Counted from the first letter of the stretch, positions 17,470 to 27,410 are shown. The stretch: 64,000 nucleotides of DNA from an uncultured Chloroflexia bacterium (GCA_963824065.1 CAWGNX010000002.1:575366-639365); one strand, 5' to 3'. Translations and numbers: made by a program. Notes: a model not told the origin generated them from the letters alone.

Positions 17470-20119
17470 CTATTTTTCATAAAAACGGGGGTGCTGGCGC
17501 GCCAGCTCGGCGGCTTCTTCCCGCGAGTGCACATCCAGGGCCGCCAGGATGGCGGAAACATGGTGGTCTACCGTTTTCGGTGAGATATTGAGTTGGTCGG
17601 CAATCGCGCTGTTGCTCAGATTTTCGACCAGTAAATCCAAAACATCGACCTGGCGCGAGGTCAGGCCGAATGGATTATGACGGGTTGAAGCGCGCGGTTT
17701 ACGGACCAGTCTGCCAGTATCCCGCAGGCTGCGCCTGAGCAGATCGGCTGCCGGATCAGCGCTGAGCTGTTCGAAAATCCGCAAGGCTTCCAGGCGCGCG
17801 GACAAATCGCCATCAGACAGCGCACTGGCCTGCTCATATGGGCAGCCAAGGGTTTCCCAGGCTGCCGCGGCTGACTGCCAATCGCCCATGATTTGGTAAA
17901 CAAATGGGCGTGCGGTCCAGTTGGGTAGGGTGACACGCTCACCTGCCCTCCAGCGCCAGAGGGCAAACTGCCCGGTAAACCAGGGGTGATTTTTGCTGGC
18001 AGCCAGCTCAAATGCAGCGTTCGCTTCGCGGCGAGTAGAACTCCAGGTCACCCGCCAGCCAGGCTGCTTCTGCTCGGGCGGCACGCACGGCCCCGATATG
18101 CGGAAGGCAGCCGGTTAATTCTGCTAATTGCATAGCTTCATCCAGAACATCCACCGCGCCGGGATCCCCACGCCGTATTCGCAGCAGGCCGGTTGCGGCC
18201 AGGAATGGGATCCGGGTAATGGCTGAGGTCGGCGGGTTTTGAGCCAGGAAACCCAGCAATTCATTGGCAACTTCCCAATGACCCAGGTGAAGTTGGGTCT
18301 TAGCCAGCCAGGAATTGATAAACCGGCTGAAGATATCCATACCGCGTTCGGCGGAATACGCACTGCCTTCTGATAGATACTTGAGCGCCCAATGGAACTG
18401 GTATATTTCAGCACAGCTCGAGCCGATATATGCATACAGGTTGGCGACCTGGGCCTCGTTCCCGGACTGGTGGCCGATTGCCAAACGCTGCTCCAGGTAT
18501 TTGCGCCCCTTCTCAAAATCCTGGAAAAGTGTGGCTGCACCGATCACAACGTGTGCCATCACCACCACATTTTCATCCTGGTACTGCTCTCCGAGTTCGA
18601 TGGCTTTCTGCGCCCACTCGATCGCTGGACGTGTATCCCGATTTGCTATCCGGAGGGTGGCCTGGGCACGATACGCCAGCGAAAGCTCCCGGCTCGGAGG
18701 CAGTGCCGAAAGCAGCTCAATCGCCTCCCGGCTGGCCCGTTCGGCATCCTGATTCCGGCCCGAATTGCGCATGTAGATAGTTAAATAGGCCAGCATATCC
18801 CCCTGTTGGAGGGGGTCATCCAGCCGGCGCCAGATGGCAAGTGCCTGCTGGACGGCTTCAATCGCCTGCTCCTGGTTTTCAGTCAGATTGCATTCGCGCG
18901 AGTAAGCATGAAGCAGCCTGGCCTGCTCAGCCAGTGGCAGGGTGCCGGCATACCTCAGAACCAGGGCATACAGGATGCGCGCCTCCCGATGGGAGCCCGT
19001 GGCGGATGCATGCTGAGCGGCAGGTGGTGCAAATTCCAGCACGGCAAGTTCATCATTTGCCGCCTCGGCATGGTGGGCCAGGCGGGCTAACTCACTGGGT
19101 TTGACTGGCATCGCTCTGAATACACCCAACACACGCTGATGCAGGCTGTATTTGCGCTGGGGTGACAGGGATGCAAGGATCGTCTGGCGGGCAAGCTCAT
19201 GCCGGAATACGAGCACTTCGTTTTCAGTCAGCAGTACTCCGCTTGCAAGGCATTCATCTAGCGCCCCGATCGCATTACCAGCGATATCATTTAGCAGCCA
19301 AACCTCGACATGCTGGCCGATCACCGCCGCGGTCTCGACCAGGGCCCGTCCGGTGGGGGACAGCCGTGCAATCCGTGCCAGGACGGCATCTCGGATGGTA
19401 GGGGGGATGCCGCTTGCCGGGCTGGCCAGCACTTCTGTGACAAAAAATGGATTACCTCCGGTTTGTTGATGCAGGGCAGCGGCATCCAGCTGGCGTCCAG
19501 CAACGAGAACCTCCACGGCCTGTTTGCTGAGCGGTGACAGTTGAATGCGGTGGGTTGTTACCGAGGATCCCAGGTCACCCAAAATGATCCGCAGCGGGTG
19601 GTGGAATCCGAGTTCATCATCACGATAGGTGAGGATCATCAGCGACCTGGTAGTGGTGATCCGCCTCCCGAGGAACCTCACAAGATCCAGCGTGGCTTCA
19701 TCCGCCCAGTGCATATCTTCAAATACGATGATTGTGGTAGTCCTGTGCAGCTCATCCAGAACAGCGTTAAAAACTGCAGAGCGGGGTGCATCCGCTTCCA
19801 GGAGGGAGCCAGCTTTGCCAACCATGTTTGGCAGCATGTCCAGTAGAGGTCCGAGCGGGTTGGGTGTAAAAAGAAGGTCGCACGTTCCCCACAATACACG
19901 CACGTTGGCGGGCTGACGGCTGGCAAACCTGCGGACAAGCGAAGTTTTCCCAATCCCGGCTTCACCGCTGATCAGTGCAATGCGACCAGAGCCAGCGCTG
20001 GCTTCCACCAGCGCGGATTCCAATCCAGACAGTTGTTGACTGCGTTCAAGTAGATCCATGGTCTGATCAATAAAACGAACCAGAATGTCCCGCTCCGGGT
20101 TGGTAACTGCCTGTTCCAA
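17470..20119 (-). pseudogene. LuxR-family AAA/STAND ATPase - TPR - HTH regulator split into two overlapping ORFs by a 1-nt frameshift
   Basis: ORF 18008-20119 has Walker A 'GEAGIGKTS', Walker B 'IIVFEDMHWAD' and TPR-like helices, and ends '...AAWLAGDLEFYSPRSERCI*'. ORF 17470-18084, in another frame, reads '...STRREANAAFELAASKNHPWFTGQFALWRWRAGE...' and ends in the LuxR HTH 'LTSRQVDVLDLLVENLSNSAIADQLNISPKTVDHHVSAIL'. Single-polypeptide relatives carry both halves. The junction lies at about 18030-18050. Confidence 0.7.
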
Positions 20120-20688
20120 TTGACCAGGGTCCGCTAACTATGCGCTGGTCGACCGGTGAGTCGAGATCATCTACAGGTTGTTAAAATTCCCTTGCCTCGA
20201 GACTGGCTCTCAAGGTGCTTGATCTGTAATAAATCAATGAGTACGGCTGCTTGACTATGTTAACGCCAGGCGAAATTTTGGTTTGGGGGAAAGCGGAAAC
20301 CGGGGAGCCTCCACTTGTGGAGCCGGTACGGTGATACTATGACAATGTTGACCCTAATTATAAAGTAAACCAGTAAAAGTTATCCAAGCAGGAATCAGCC
20401 AGATTGGAAGTGTGCTAAGATAGAGAGGCTGCTAAATCGAACGGTTCACCGTTTTTATCATAGGACGATTTGGGGGAACTGCTGATCAATCGATTGAGAG
20501 CAAGGAATTTATGGGTCTGAAATCAGGCCTGGCTTCTAAAATTTGCCCAACCAGCGTTGACATGTTGTTCTCGCAGCTGAGGTGTCTGCCGGTATATCAG
20601 AGTCGCGGATTCCGTCAACCCGACCCCGCGGCTCCAATGAATTTGCCCGGGATTGAAGCGAGGGATCTGTTTCAGATGGGCTACCTAA

Positions 20689-21039
20689 TCAGACGGCGGC
20701 GCGTGCCTCCTCTGCTGAAGAGAATATTGCAAACGCTTCTTCAAGGCGGGTCAGGGCAAAAATTTCGCGATAGTGTTCATTGAGCCCGCATGCTGCCAGC
20801 TTTTGCTGGGCGCGATTGGCGCGCACTAACAGGGTCACCAGCAGGCCAATGCCAGTGCTGTTCATAAACTCCATGTCATTGAAATCCAGGATGATCAGCT
20901 GGGCGCCATCGGCGGTGGCTTCTGCGACGGCCTCCATCAAATTGGCTTCGCCAGCTGATGTCAGTGCTCCGTGTACGCCAATCACCCCTGCGACAGTATC
21001 CCGGCTGACAACTTCAAATGTAACGGAAGGGGAATTCAT
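20689..21039 (-). CDS. STAS-domain anti-sigma-factor antagonist (SpoIIAA/RsbV-like)
   Basis: 116 aa. 'LIILDFNDMEFMNSTGIGLLV' carries the conserved phosphorylatable Ser context. Confidence 0.85.
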   Translation of the reverse strand: MNSPSVTFEVVSRDTVAGVIGVHGALTSAGEANLMEAVAEATADGAQLIILDFNDMEFMNSTGIGLLVTLLVRANRAQQKLAACGLNEHYREIFALTRLEEAFAIFSSAEEARAAV

Positions 21040-21093
21040 AGTTTCTCTCCAATCTTGAACTTCGTTAAAATGAGGATTTAAAAATATCCGATT

Positions 21094-21468
21094 TCAGGAT
21101 TTTGATTCGCCTGACGGGTTTGCACAGGCAGCCAGGGCTGCCTGCCTCGAATCATACAGGCTGATATACTCCGTCAGACTCATAATTTCGAAAATTTTCT
21201 GAAAATGCGGGTTCAGACAGCAGGCACACAGCCGCACTCCTTTGGCGCCAGCATTGGCAATCAGTTGAATGACAGCCGCCAGACCGGCGCTGTTGGCATA
21301 TTCCACACCAGCAAAATCCAGGATGAGCGCTTGCAAACCGGTTGTTTCTACCTGTGCATATGCGTCCTGCAAATTAGCAAGTGCAAGTGAGCCCAATTCT
21401 CCGGTCAAAGCCAGTGTAACGACTGGTCCTGTGATGATGGTTTCAACTTGAAGCGACCTCAGGCTCAT
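21094..21468 (-). CDS. STAS-domain anti-sigma-factor antagonist (second copy)
   Basis: I prefer the ATG at 21468 (MSLRSLQVE...), 1 nt after the kinase stop. 'LILDFAGVEYANSAGLAAVI' matches the STAS Ser motif. Confidence 0.85.
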   Translation of the reverse strand: MSLRSLQVETIITGPVVTLALTGELGSLALANLQDAYAQVETTGLQALILDFAGVEYANSAGLAAVIQLIANAGAKGVRLCACCLNPHFQKIFEIMSLTEYISLYDSRQAALAACANPSGESKS

Positions 21469-21469
21469 C

Positions 21470-21991
21470 TTACTCTCCTTCAAGATATAAAAATAATTCG
21501 ATTGTGTGTGCCGCTGGCTGGTTGGTAATATGGAAATCATCCACCATGTGTTGAATTAAGAAAAAGCCCCAACCACGAGGAGATTGTAAACCATTTATCT
21601 TTGCGTCAATATCCGGAAGTTCAATACCGGACAATTTGTTGTGCGCGGCCTGGGTCGCGTGGTGGTTTTCCAGAGGAGGCTCGGGAATGTCATGCTCACC
21701 GTAATCGGTAATTCCAACCGAAATGGCTGCGGAAGAGGTACGCACACGGATTGCCACCGGAAGGTCGCGGTTGTACTGACTGCCGTGTTCGAGGGCATTC
21801 AGGGTCGCCTCCGCTACGGCGGTTTTCAAGTTTTCGAGCCGGTCGGCGCTCAAGGGTAGGGACGAGACAATATCGGCCACAATATCAACTGCCAGGCGGT
21901 CGTTGCCTGGTTCCCCGGGAAGTGTAAACTCGCTGATCGTGCGCCAGCTCGCCGGCGGCTGAGGTTGATTGGGTTCCGGTGGGGTCGTCAT
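21470..21991 (-). CDS. anti-sigma regulatory Ser/Thr kinase (RsbW/SpoIIAB-like HATPase_c)
   Basis: I prefer the ATG at 21991 (MTTPPEPN...), 4 nt after the phosphatase stop. N-box 'AVAEATLNALEHG' and G-box-like 'PRGWGFFLIQHM'. Confidence 0.8.
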   Translation of the reverse strand: MTTPPEPNQPQPPASWRTISEFTLPGEPGNDRLAVDIVADIVSSLPLSADRLENLKTAVAEATLNALEHGSQYNRDLPVAIRVRTSSAAISVGITDYGEHDIPEPPLENHHATQAAHNKLSGIELPDIDAKINGLQSPRGWGFFLIQHMVDDFHITNQPAAHTIELFLYLEGE

Positions 21992-21995
21992 CAGT

Positions 21996-24341
21996 TTACC
22001 TCGAATTTTGCTGGCGGTGAAGAACCAGTAATGTGATGTCGTCTTCTTGCTCTTGATCCGGTCCGCAAAAATCGTCCAGGGCGGCAAGCAGGCTGGGAAT
22101 TACAGCCCCCGCATCATTCATTTCAGACAGGTAGCTGCGCAGGCGGAGATTTGAGAACATTTCTCCGGAGGGAGAATGGGCTTCCACCAGTCCGTCTGAG
22201 TAAAGCAAGACGGTTTCAGAAGGGGAAATCTTGGTCTGGATTTCTTCATACGTCATGCCCGGCAGCATACCCAGCGGCATCCCCCGGGCACGGATTTCGT
22301 GGACATCACCCTCCAAAACAGCCTGGGGCAGATTGTGCCCGGCGTTCGCGAAAATTACATCGCCGCTCAACGGTTCGAGGATGGCATACTGGCAGGTGAC
22401 GAACATCCCAGGAGGAGTATCACCAGCCAGCAGTTCATTCACCCGGTAAAGGACTTCCCCCGGTGCATCCACCATCTGAGCAATGGTCCGGACGAGGCTG
22501 CGGGTCGAGGACATGACCAGCGCAGCCGGAATCCCCTTGCTGGAAACATCCCCGATGACGATACCAATACGCCCGTTTTTAAGGGCGAACAGGTCAAAGA
22601 AATCGCCTCCCATGGCGCGCGCGGGCTGGTAATGGCTGTTCACTGTCCAGCCGGGCATATCAGGCAGGCTGGCGGGCAGCAGAGTGCGCTGGACATCGCG
22701 CCCCATGCTTATTTCGGTTTCCATTTGCTGGCGCTCCAGGGCTGCCCGTCGCTGCTGGTCGGCAAGTTGAGCTGCCCGCAGAGCAGGAGCAACCTGGCTT
22801 GCCAGGCTGGCGAGGAAATACCGGTCGTTGGCTGAGTATTCCTGGTCGGAAAGCCGCCTGCCAAGGTTTAACGTCCCAATGACCTCGTCCTGGCTGATCA
22901 GGGGTACCACCAGGTAAGTGCCATTGTCCATCAGATCCCGGGTCAATTCCAGCGCGGGATCCAACTCGAGGATATCCAGCGCGCCGGTGAAGTTCGCCAG
23001 CAGATCCAGTAACTGCGGATCGGGCGTACCACATTCAGTTACATCCGCCGGATGGCTGCCTGGTTGTGTGCTGCCATCTGGCGGGTATAACCACAGGCAT
23101 GCCAGCTGCGGGTGCAGGCTATCGTTTACAGCAGCCAGAATTTCGTCGGCAATTTCGTTCAGGTCCACTTTCCGGCGCAGGGTTGTCGTGAGCTGGTGCA
23201 GCAGCTGCGCCTGGTCAAATCGGGAGCGGTAAAACCGGCGGTCGATGAAACGCTGTGTAACCTGTCGCAGGGGAGTAAAAAGCAGCGCGACTGCCAGCGT
23301 CGAGAGCGCCACGACCAGGATCGGTGGCTGGCCGACCGGGCGGTAAATCAACTGCTGGAGGCCGGCTACCAGTCCAACAAACAGCAGGGTGAGCAAGGCT
23401 GTAACGATGGTATAGACAAGTGTGCGCCGGATTATGAAATCGATTTCCCACAATCGATAGCGTAAGATCGAGAAGGCCATACTGAACGGGAAAACCAGCA
23501 TCGTAACGTAGAGGAAAGTGGAACCCAAGATGACGTACCACACACGCGCCGGGCTTGGCTCTGAGACTTGCGGGAAGAGGATCGGAATTAAATACAACTG
23601 GGTAAAGAAGCCTGTGCCAGCCACAATCGAGCCGAACACCAGCCACTTGGTTTGCTGGCGTTGGGCGCGATCAAATGTCTGGCGATAGCGGTAAATGGCT
23701 GCCAGGATACCGCCCGCAATCCAGCCAAGAAATATCAACGCGGGTTGAGGTGCCAGGGCTGCGGACTGCGGCTTCATCACGATTGGCCAGACATACCAGT
23801 AAAGGCTCAATCCGACCCACCCCAAAGCCAGCCAGCTCAGCCAGGCGGGTTGAAAGACCCCATTTGGAAAGGAATACAGGTAATAAATGATGGCGGCGGT
23901 CACCAACCCATCCAGCACAAGCAGGCCGATGATCGCTGAGTGCGGCGCATTCGCTAGGCTGTCATAAGGGCGGGTGAGAGAAGTACCCAACATGATCAGT
24001 AAAGCAGAGATGAATACTGCGTAGCGGTCTTTGTATTTGCGAAAAATTACCACCAGGCCCAGGATGAGGAAAACCAGGAAAACGAGGCTGTCCAGGGCGA
24101 TGGAGTACTGGACAAAAAAGCGCATGCTCATCCCCAGCTTTTCGATGCTGGGCTCATGCACCAGCGCCAGGCGCGCCAGCCGGTCGTGACGGGCTGGTGC
24201 AGTGGCAATGAAGATGCTCACTGCCAGGATGGAGGTGAGCAGCCAGGCCAGGCGGGTGAGGTTTAATACGAAGCGTTCCAACCTATGTGAAGTTGGAGAG
24301 GCGATCTGGGTCTGGGATTGGTTTATTTCAATCCCGGACAT
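21996..24341 (-). CDS. polytopic membrane sensor fused to a GAF-like region and a PP2C/SpoIIE phosphatase (RsbU-like)
   Basis: 781 aa. About 10 predicted TM helices in the first 340 aa or so, then 'GRDVQRTLLP', 'GGDFFDLF', 'IVIGDVSSKGIPAALVMS', 'YSDGLVEA' and 'DDITLLVL', the PP2C-SpoIIE motifs. AAGGAG RBS before the ATG at 24341. Confidence 0.87.
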   Translation of the reverse strand: MSGIEINQSQTQIASPTSHRLERFVLNLTRLAWLLTSILAVSIFIATAPARHDRLARLALVHEPSIEKLGMSMRFFVQYSIALDSLVFLVFLILGLVVIFRKYKDRYAVFISALLIMLGTSLTRPYDSLANAPHSAIIGLLVLDGLVTAAIIYYLYSFPNGVFQPAWLSWLALGWVGLSLYWYVWPIVMKPQSAALAPQPALIFLGWIAGGILAAIYRYRQTFDRAQRQQTKWLVFGSIVAGTGFFTQLYLIPILFPQVSEPSPARVWYVILGSTFLYVTMLVFPFSMAFSILRYRLWEIDFIIRRTLVYTIVTALLTLLFVGLVAGLQQLIYRPVGQPPILVVALSTLAVALLFTPLRQVTQRFIDRRFYRSRFDQAQLLHQLTTTLRRKVDLNEIADEILAAVNDSLHPQLACLWLYPPDGSTQPGSHPADVTECGTPDPQLLDLLANFTGALDILELDPALELTRDLMDNGTYLVVPLISQDEVIGTLNLGRRLSDQEYSANDRYFLASLASQVAPALRAAQLADQQRRAALERQQMETEISMGRDVQRTLLPASLPDMPGWTVNSHYQPARAMGGDFFDLFALKNGRIGIVIGDVSSKGIPAALVMSSTRSLVRTIAQMVDAPGEVLYRVNELLAGDTPPGMFVTCQYAILEPLSGDVIFANAGHNLPQAVLEGDVHEIRARGMPLGMLPGMTYEEIQTKISPSETVLLYSDGLVEAHSPSGEMFSNLRLRSYLSEMNDAGAVIPSLLAALDDFCGPDQEQEDDITLLVLHRQQNSR

Positions 24342-24395
24342 CGAAGACTCCTTGGAAATAACAATTGCTGCACGCTGCGATCCCCTGACAATCGA

Positions 24396-25904
24396 TTAGC
24401 TGCTTCCATCTTTGCCTGGCTCGCCGCTGCTATCGATGCTGCGCTCGCTACTGCGCTCGCTACTGCGCTCCCACTCAGCTGTAGACGTTTCTGTGGATCG
24501 CCGGTCAGGATGCACCGGCATTACACCCAACCGGTACAAGGCCCGGCGAGCTGCCAGACCCACAATGGCTGTATAGGTCGGGTAGGCCAGTTCCAGCTCA
24601 GCAAGCTGTTCTACCCACATATCCGCCACGATGGCCGCGGCAGCCAGCTGGATGATCTCGACAGCCTGTTCGCCAACGACAAAAGCGCCCAAAATGCGGT
24701 GGGTTTCGGTAGAAAAAACGAGTTTTAGAAAGCCTTCCGGGTGACCATCAATCACCGCGCGATCCAGATCGCGGTAAGAAATCACAACAGCAGCCGCCTG
24801 GCCCGCCAGGGTTGGGTCATCCTCAGAAAAACCCACCCCGGCATACTCCGGGTCGGTAAAACCGCCGTGAGGCACCACCGCATGCCGGTATGGCAAGCCG
24901 TTCCCCAGAACAGCATTTTCTGCGGCAATCCGCCCTTCGTAACTGGCTGACTGTACCAGCATCATACGCCCGGTGACATCCCCGGCGGCGTAAATATGCT
25001 CAGCGGTCGTCTGCTGGTAGTCATTGATTTTGATATAACCGCGGTCGATCTCAACACCGGCTTTGGCCAGATCGAGACTATCCACATTGGCTGCCCAACC
25101 CACAGCTGTCAGCACCGCGCCGGTGTTCCAGGACTGCGGACCGGAGATATGCCGGATATCAACTTTGAAACCGCCTTCCGGGGCGATGGAGACGCGCTCG
25201 ATGTTGTCAAGTCCAAGGAGGACATCGATGCCGCGCTCACGGAAGGCCGCAAGCATGGTGTCGGAGATCAACGGGTCTTCACGCTCCAACACTCGGTCAC
25301 CACGCTGTACCAGGCGCACCTGCACGCCAAAATCGTGCAGGATGGAGGCGAGTTGGCAGCCGGTTGCAGAGCCTCCGAATATGGTGACTGATGCTGGCAG
25401 GGCTTTTTGCCGCCACAAGTCTGAGTGGCTGAGTGTGTATTCACTGCCAGGAAACGGCAGGCGGCGGCTGTGCCCCCCTGTCGCCAGTATAAATCGCCTG
25501 GCTGACAGCCGCAGGCCTTTCTCCAGCAGAATCGTGTGCGGGTCAACAAAACGGGCAGGCCCAACCCCGGTGCGCACAACTGCGCCGCTGGCTTCCAGGT
25601 GTTCGATCAGCTGCTTTTTTTCGTGCAGGCTGTAAACATTGGCTTGGGCGTGCGCCAGGACGCGCGCAAAATCCAATTCCGGCAGCTGGCCAAGCAGCCC
25701 ATAGGATTGAAACTGGCGCGCTTGGCGCAGAAGGCGGGCTGCATATGCCAGGGTGCGGGTGGGGACAACACCATCATTGGCGGCGGTTCCTCCGGGCTGC
25801 TCTGCTTCGACCAGGCAAACCCTGGCGCCGAGCTCGCTGCTGTGTAAAGCCGCTGTGACTCCCGCCGGACCACCGCCGATGACAATCAGATCGTAGTTTT
25901 CCAT
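24396..25904 (-). CDS. FAD/NAD(P)-binding pyridine-nucleotide-disulfide-oxidoreductase-family protein lacking the redox-active Cys pair
   Basis: 502 aa. 'YDLIVIGGGPAGV' (FAD), 'VTIFGGSATGCQLA' (NAD(P)H), 'IYAAGDV'. The segment aligned to GGTCxNxGCxPSK reads 'PGGTAANDGVVPTRTL', with no Cys. The HxxxxE region of the dimerisation domain reads 'LAYPTYTAIV'. Ser/Glu/Arg-rich C-terminal tail. Confidence 0.85.
   Translation of the reverse strand: MENYDLIVIGGGPAGVTAALHSSELGARVCLVEAEQPGGTAANDGVVPTRTLAYAARLLRQARQFQSYGLLGQLPELDFARVLAHAQANVYSLHEKKQLIEHLEASGAVVRTGVGPARFVDPHTILLEKGLRLSARRFILATGGHSRRLPFPGSEYTLSHSDLWRQKALPASVTIFGGSATGCQLASILHDFGVQVRLVQRGDRVLEREDPLISDTMLAAFRERGIDVLLGLDNIERVSIAPEGGFKVDIRHISGPQSWNTGAVLTAVGWAANVDSLDLAKAGVEIDRGYIKINDYQQTTAEHIYAAGDVTGRMMLVQSASYEGRIAAENAVLGNGLPYRHAVVPHGGFTDPEYAGVGFSEDDPTLAGQAAAVVISYRDLDRAVIDGHPEGFLKLVFSTETHRILGAFVVGEQAVEIIQLAAAAIVADMWVEQLAELELAYPTYTAIVGLAARRALYRLGVMPVHPDRRSTETSTAEWERSSERSSERSIDSSGEPGKDGSS
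24441..24470. repeat. 12-bp tandem repeat (2.5 copies of gcgctcgctact) encoding (SERS)n in the flavoprotein tail
   Basis: Read directly: gcgctcgctact gcgctcgctact gcgctc. Translates on the minus strand as ...ERSSERSSERS... Confidence 0.85.
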
Positions 25905-26194
25905 GTTTCTCAGTCTCCGATTCAGTATCGATTTCCAACGGCAGCATGATTGCTGTCCCTGATTCGTAAGTGATGGACTGAATGTCCATCATAGCAAGCA
26001 TGCTAAAAACGCTGACAAGCGCCTGACCGAAGGTCATTTCTCCCAATTTATACGCTAACACAAACAGGCCGCCCAGCAAGCTCAGAGCCAGGAAGAGTAA
26101 AATACGGCTGTTTTTAAGGGTGGCGATCAATTAAGAATTCTTATTAAGCTCCCAGCGGATCCAGAAAAACTGGAGGGGTTTCCTGTTGACTATG

Positions 26195-27016
26195 TTATGG
26201 GTGTCGCCGAACATTCTCGGCCTGACCTTGGGGTTCTTGGTGCGAAACTACGCGCCGCATCCAGCGCAGGGGGGCTGCCATTAAATAAAAAACAGTGCGG
26301 ATGGCTGCGTTGCGCGGCAGGCTGGTGATCTCGCGCCACTGCAGGCGCGGGTCAATCACATGCTTCTCTATGCTCGGCTGCGGATTTCGTGTGCCCAGCG
26401 ATTCCGCCAGGCGGCTCAATACATATGTCCAAACGTGATCCTGGTGTGCGCTGATCCCCAACCCGCGGTAAAAAAATTCATATAGCGGGTCTGCGGTGCG
26501 GGCGAATGTCTGTACCTGGGCGACGGTAACCCCATCCGGATCGCGGTAGGCACTCCAGGTGTTGTACCCGGCTTCGGGAAAGCCCTCTGGCGTGACGATG
26601 CTGAAGCTGGTCTCATCCGCATACAACACGAGCACGCCGCTGCTGACTGGTAAAAATTTCGGCATTCCGGGCAATGGCGGTACTTTACCATCGATGAAAA
26701 TTAACTCACCGGGACGGATGCCAGCCATCGTGGGATAAAACCGGTTTTCGGGGGGTTGGTATCTGGGAAAATTCGCTTTCCAGATTTGAACTACCTGCTC
26801 GGGGGTGACATCCAGCCCCTCCAGGCGAACCCGGTAAGTCTTTTGCCACAGCGCACCAAATCCCTTCAATGGTGTCGCGACCCGCTGACCATCCAGATTG
26901 ATATTGGTAGCACCAGCGGGCACTTCGTGAACTTCCAAACGGTTGACAGGTGCTGCCCACTCCCTGGCCGGCCGCTGGGAGCCTTCGGTCGTGCTTAAGT
27001 CGCCATCCTCTTGCAT
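26195..27016 (-). CDS. conserved hypothetical protein (possibly DUF1990-like)
   Basis: I prefer the ATG at 27016 (MQEDGDL...) with AAGGAG upstream. 'GFGALWQKTY', 'SFSIVTPEGFPEAG' and 'VQTFARTADPLYEF' loosely recall DUF1990. The family call is tentative. Confidence 0.6.
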   Translation of the reverse strand: MQEDGDLSTTEGSQRPAREWAAPVNRLEVHEVPAGATNINLDGQRVATPLKGFGALWQKTYRVRLEGLDVTPEQVVQIWKANFPRYQPPENRFYPTMAGIRPGELIFIDGKVPPLPGMPKFLPVSSGVLVLYADETSFSIVTPEGFPEAGYNTWSAYRDPDGVTVAQVQTFARTADPLYEFFYRGLGISAHQDHVWTYVLSRLAESLGTRNPQPSIEKHVIDPRLQWREITSLPRNAAIRTVFYLMAAPLRWMRRVVSHQEPQGQAENVRRHP

Positions 27017-27410
27017 AGCCTGTACTCCTTTTAATGAATCATGCTGGAAAATCTGGCTACATTTGTAATCATATAAGTTGAACGCAGGTTTGTGGTACCG
27101 TTGAGTGATACAGCGAGTCGGACAAAAAGTTATACATACGCCCCTGAGGATCCGTGGAGATGACTGGTGCATGGGTCTGACCCATTTTGCGGCTTGGGAG
27201 ATATGCTCTTTTATAAAACACTTCGCATAGGCATGGTTTCCAGAAAACGGAATTAAGACCTGTGACTATTGCGTCGGGTTTCCGAACGCCGCGATTCAGT
27301 GGTAATAACTTTCAGCTTTGTTCTCGCGTGGAATGATGTGGTATTAATTTTAGCACGGCTTTGATGCTAATAATGGTAAACTTTATCTGAAAATAGGTGC
27401 GAGGTGAATT

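Noticed and set aside
18124-19965. Numerous 60-145-aa ORFs on both strands inside the LuxR-STAND gene (for example 18124-18540, 18315-18752, 19152-19469).
   Set aside because: These are typical GC-rich shadow ORFs overlapping a long gene with clear Walker/TPR motifs. None has a recognisable family or an independent RBS.
20511-20783. 90-aa plus-strand ORF in the long spacer, overlapping the 3' end of the STAS gene.
   Set aside because: It overlaps a well-supported STAS CDS by about 95 nt on the opposite strand. It has no RBS and a low-complexity Arg/Leu-rich product.
25774-26130. 118-aa minus-strand ORF with a hydrophobic N-terminal half (ILLFLALSLLGGLFVLAY...), filling the gap upstream of the flavoprotein gene.
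   Set aside because: It has a TTG start with no SD and runs 131 nt into the flavoprotein gene in another frame. Its C-terminal half is Arg/Gly-rich nonsense. A short membrane peptide remains possible, but support is insufficient to call it.
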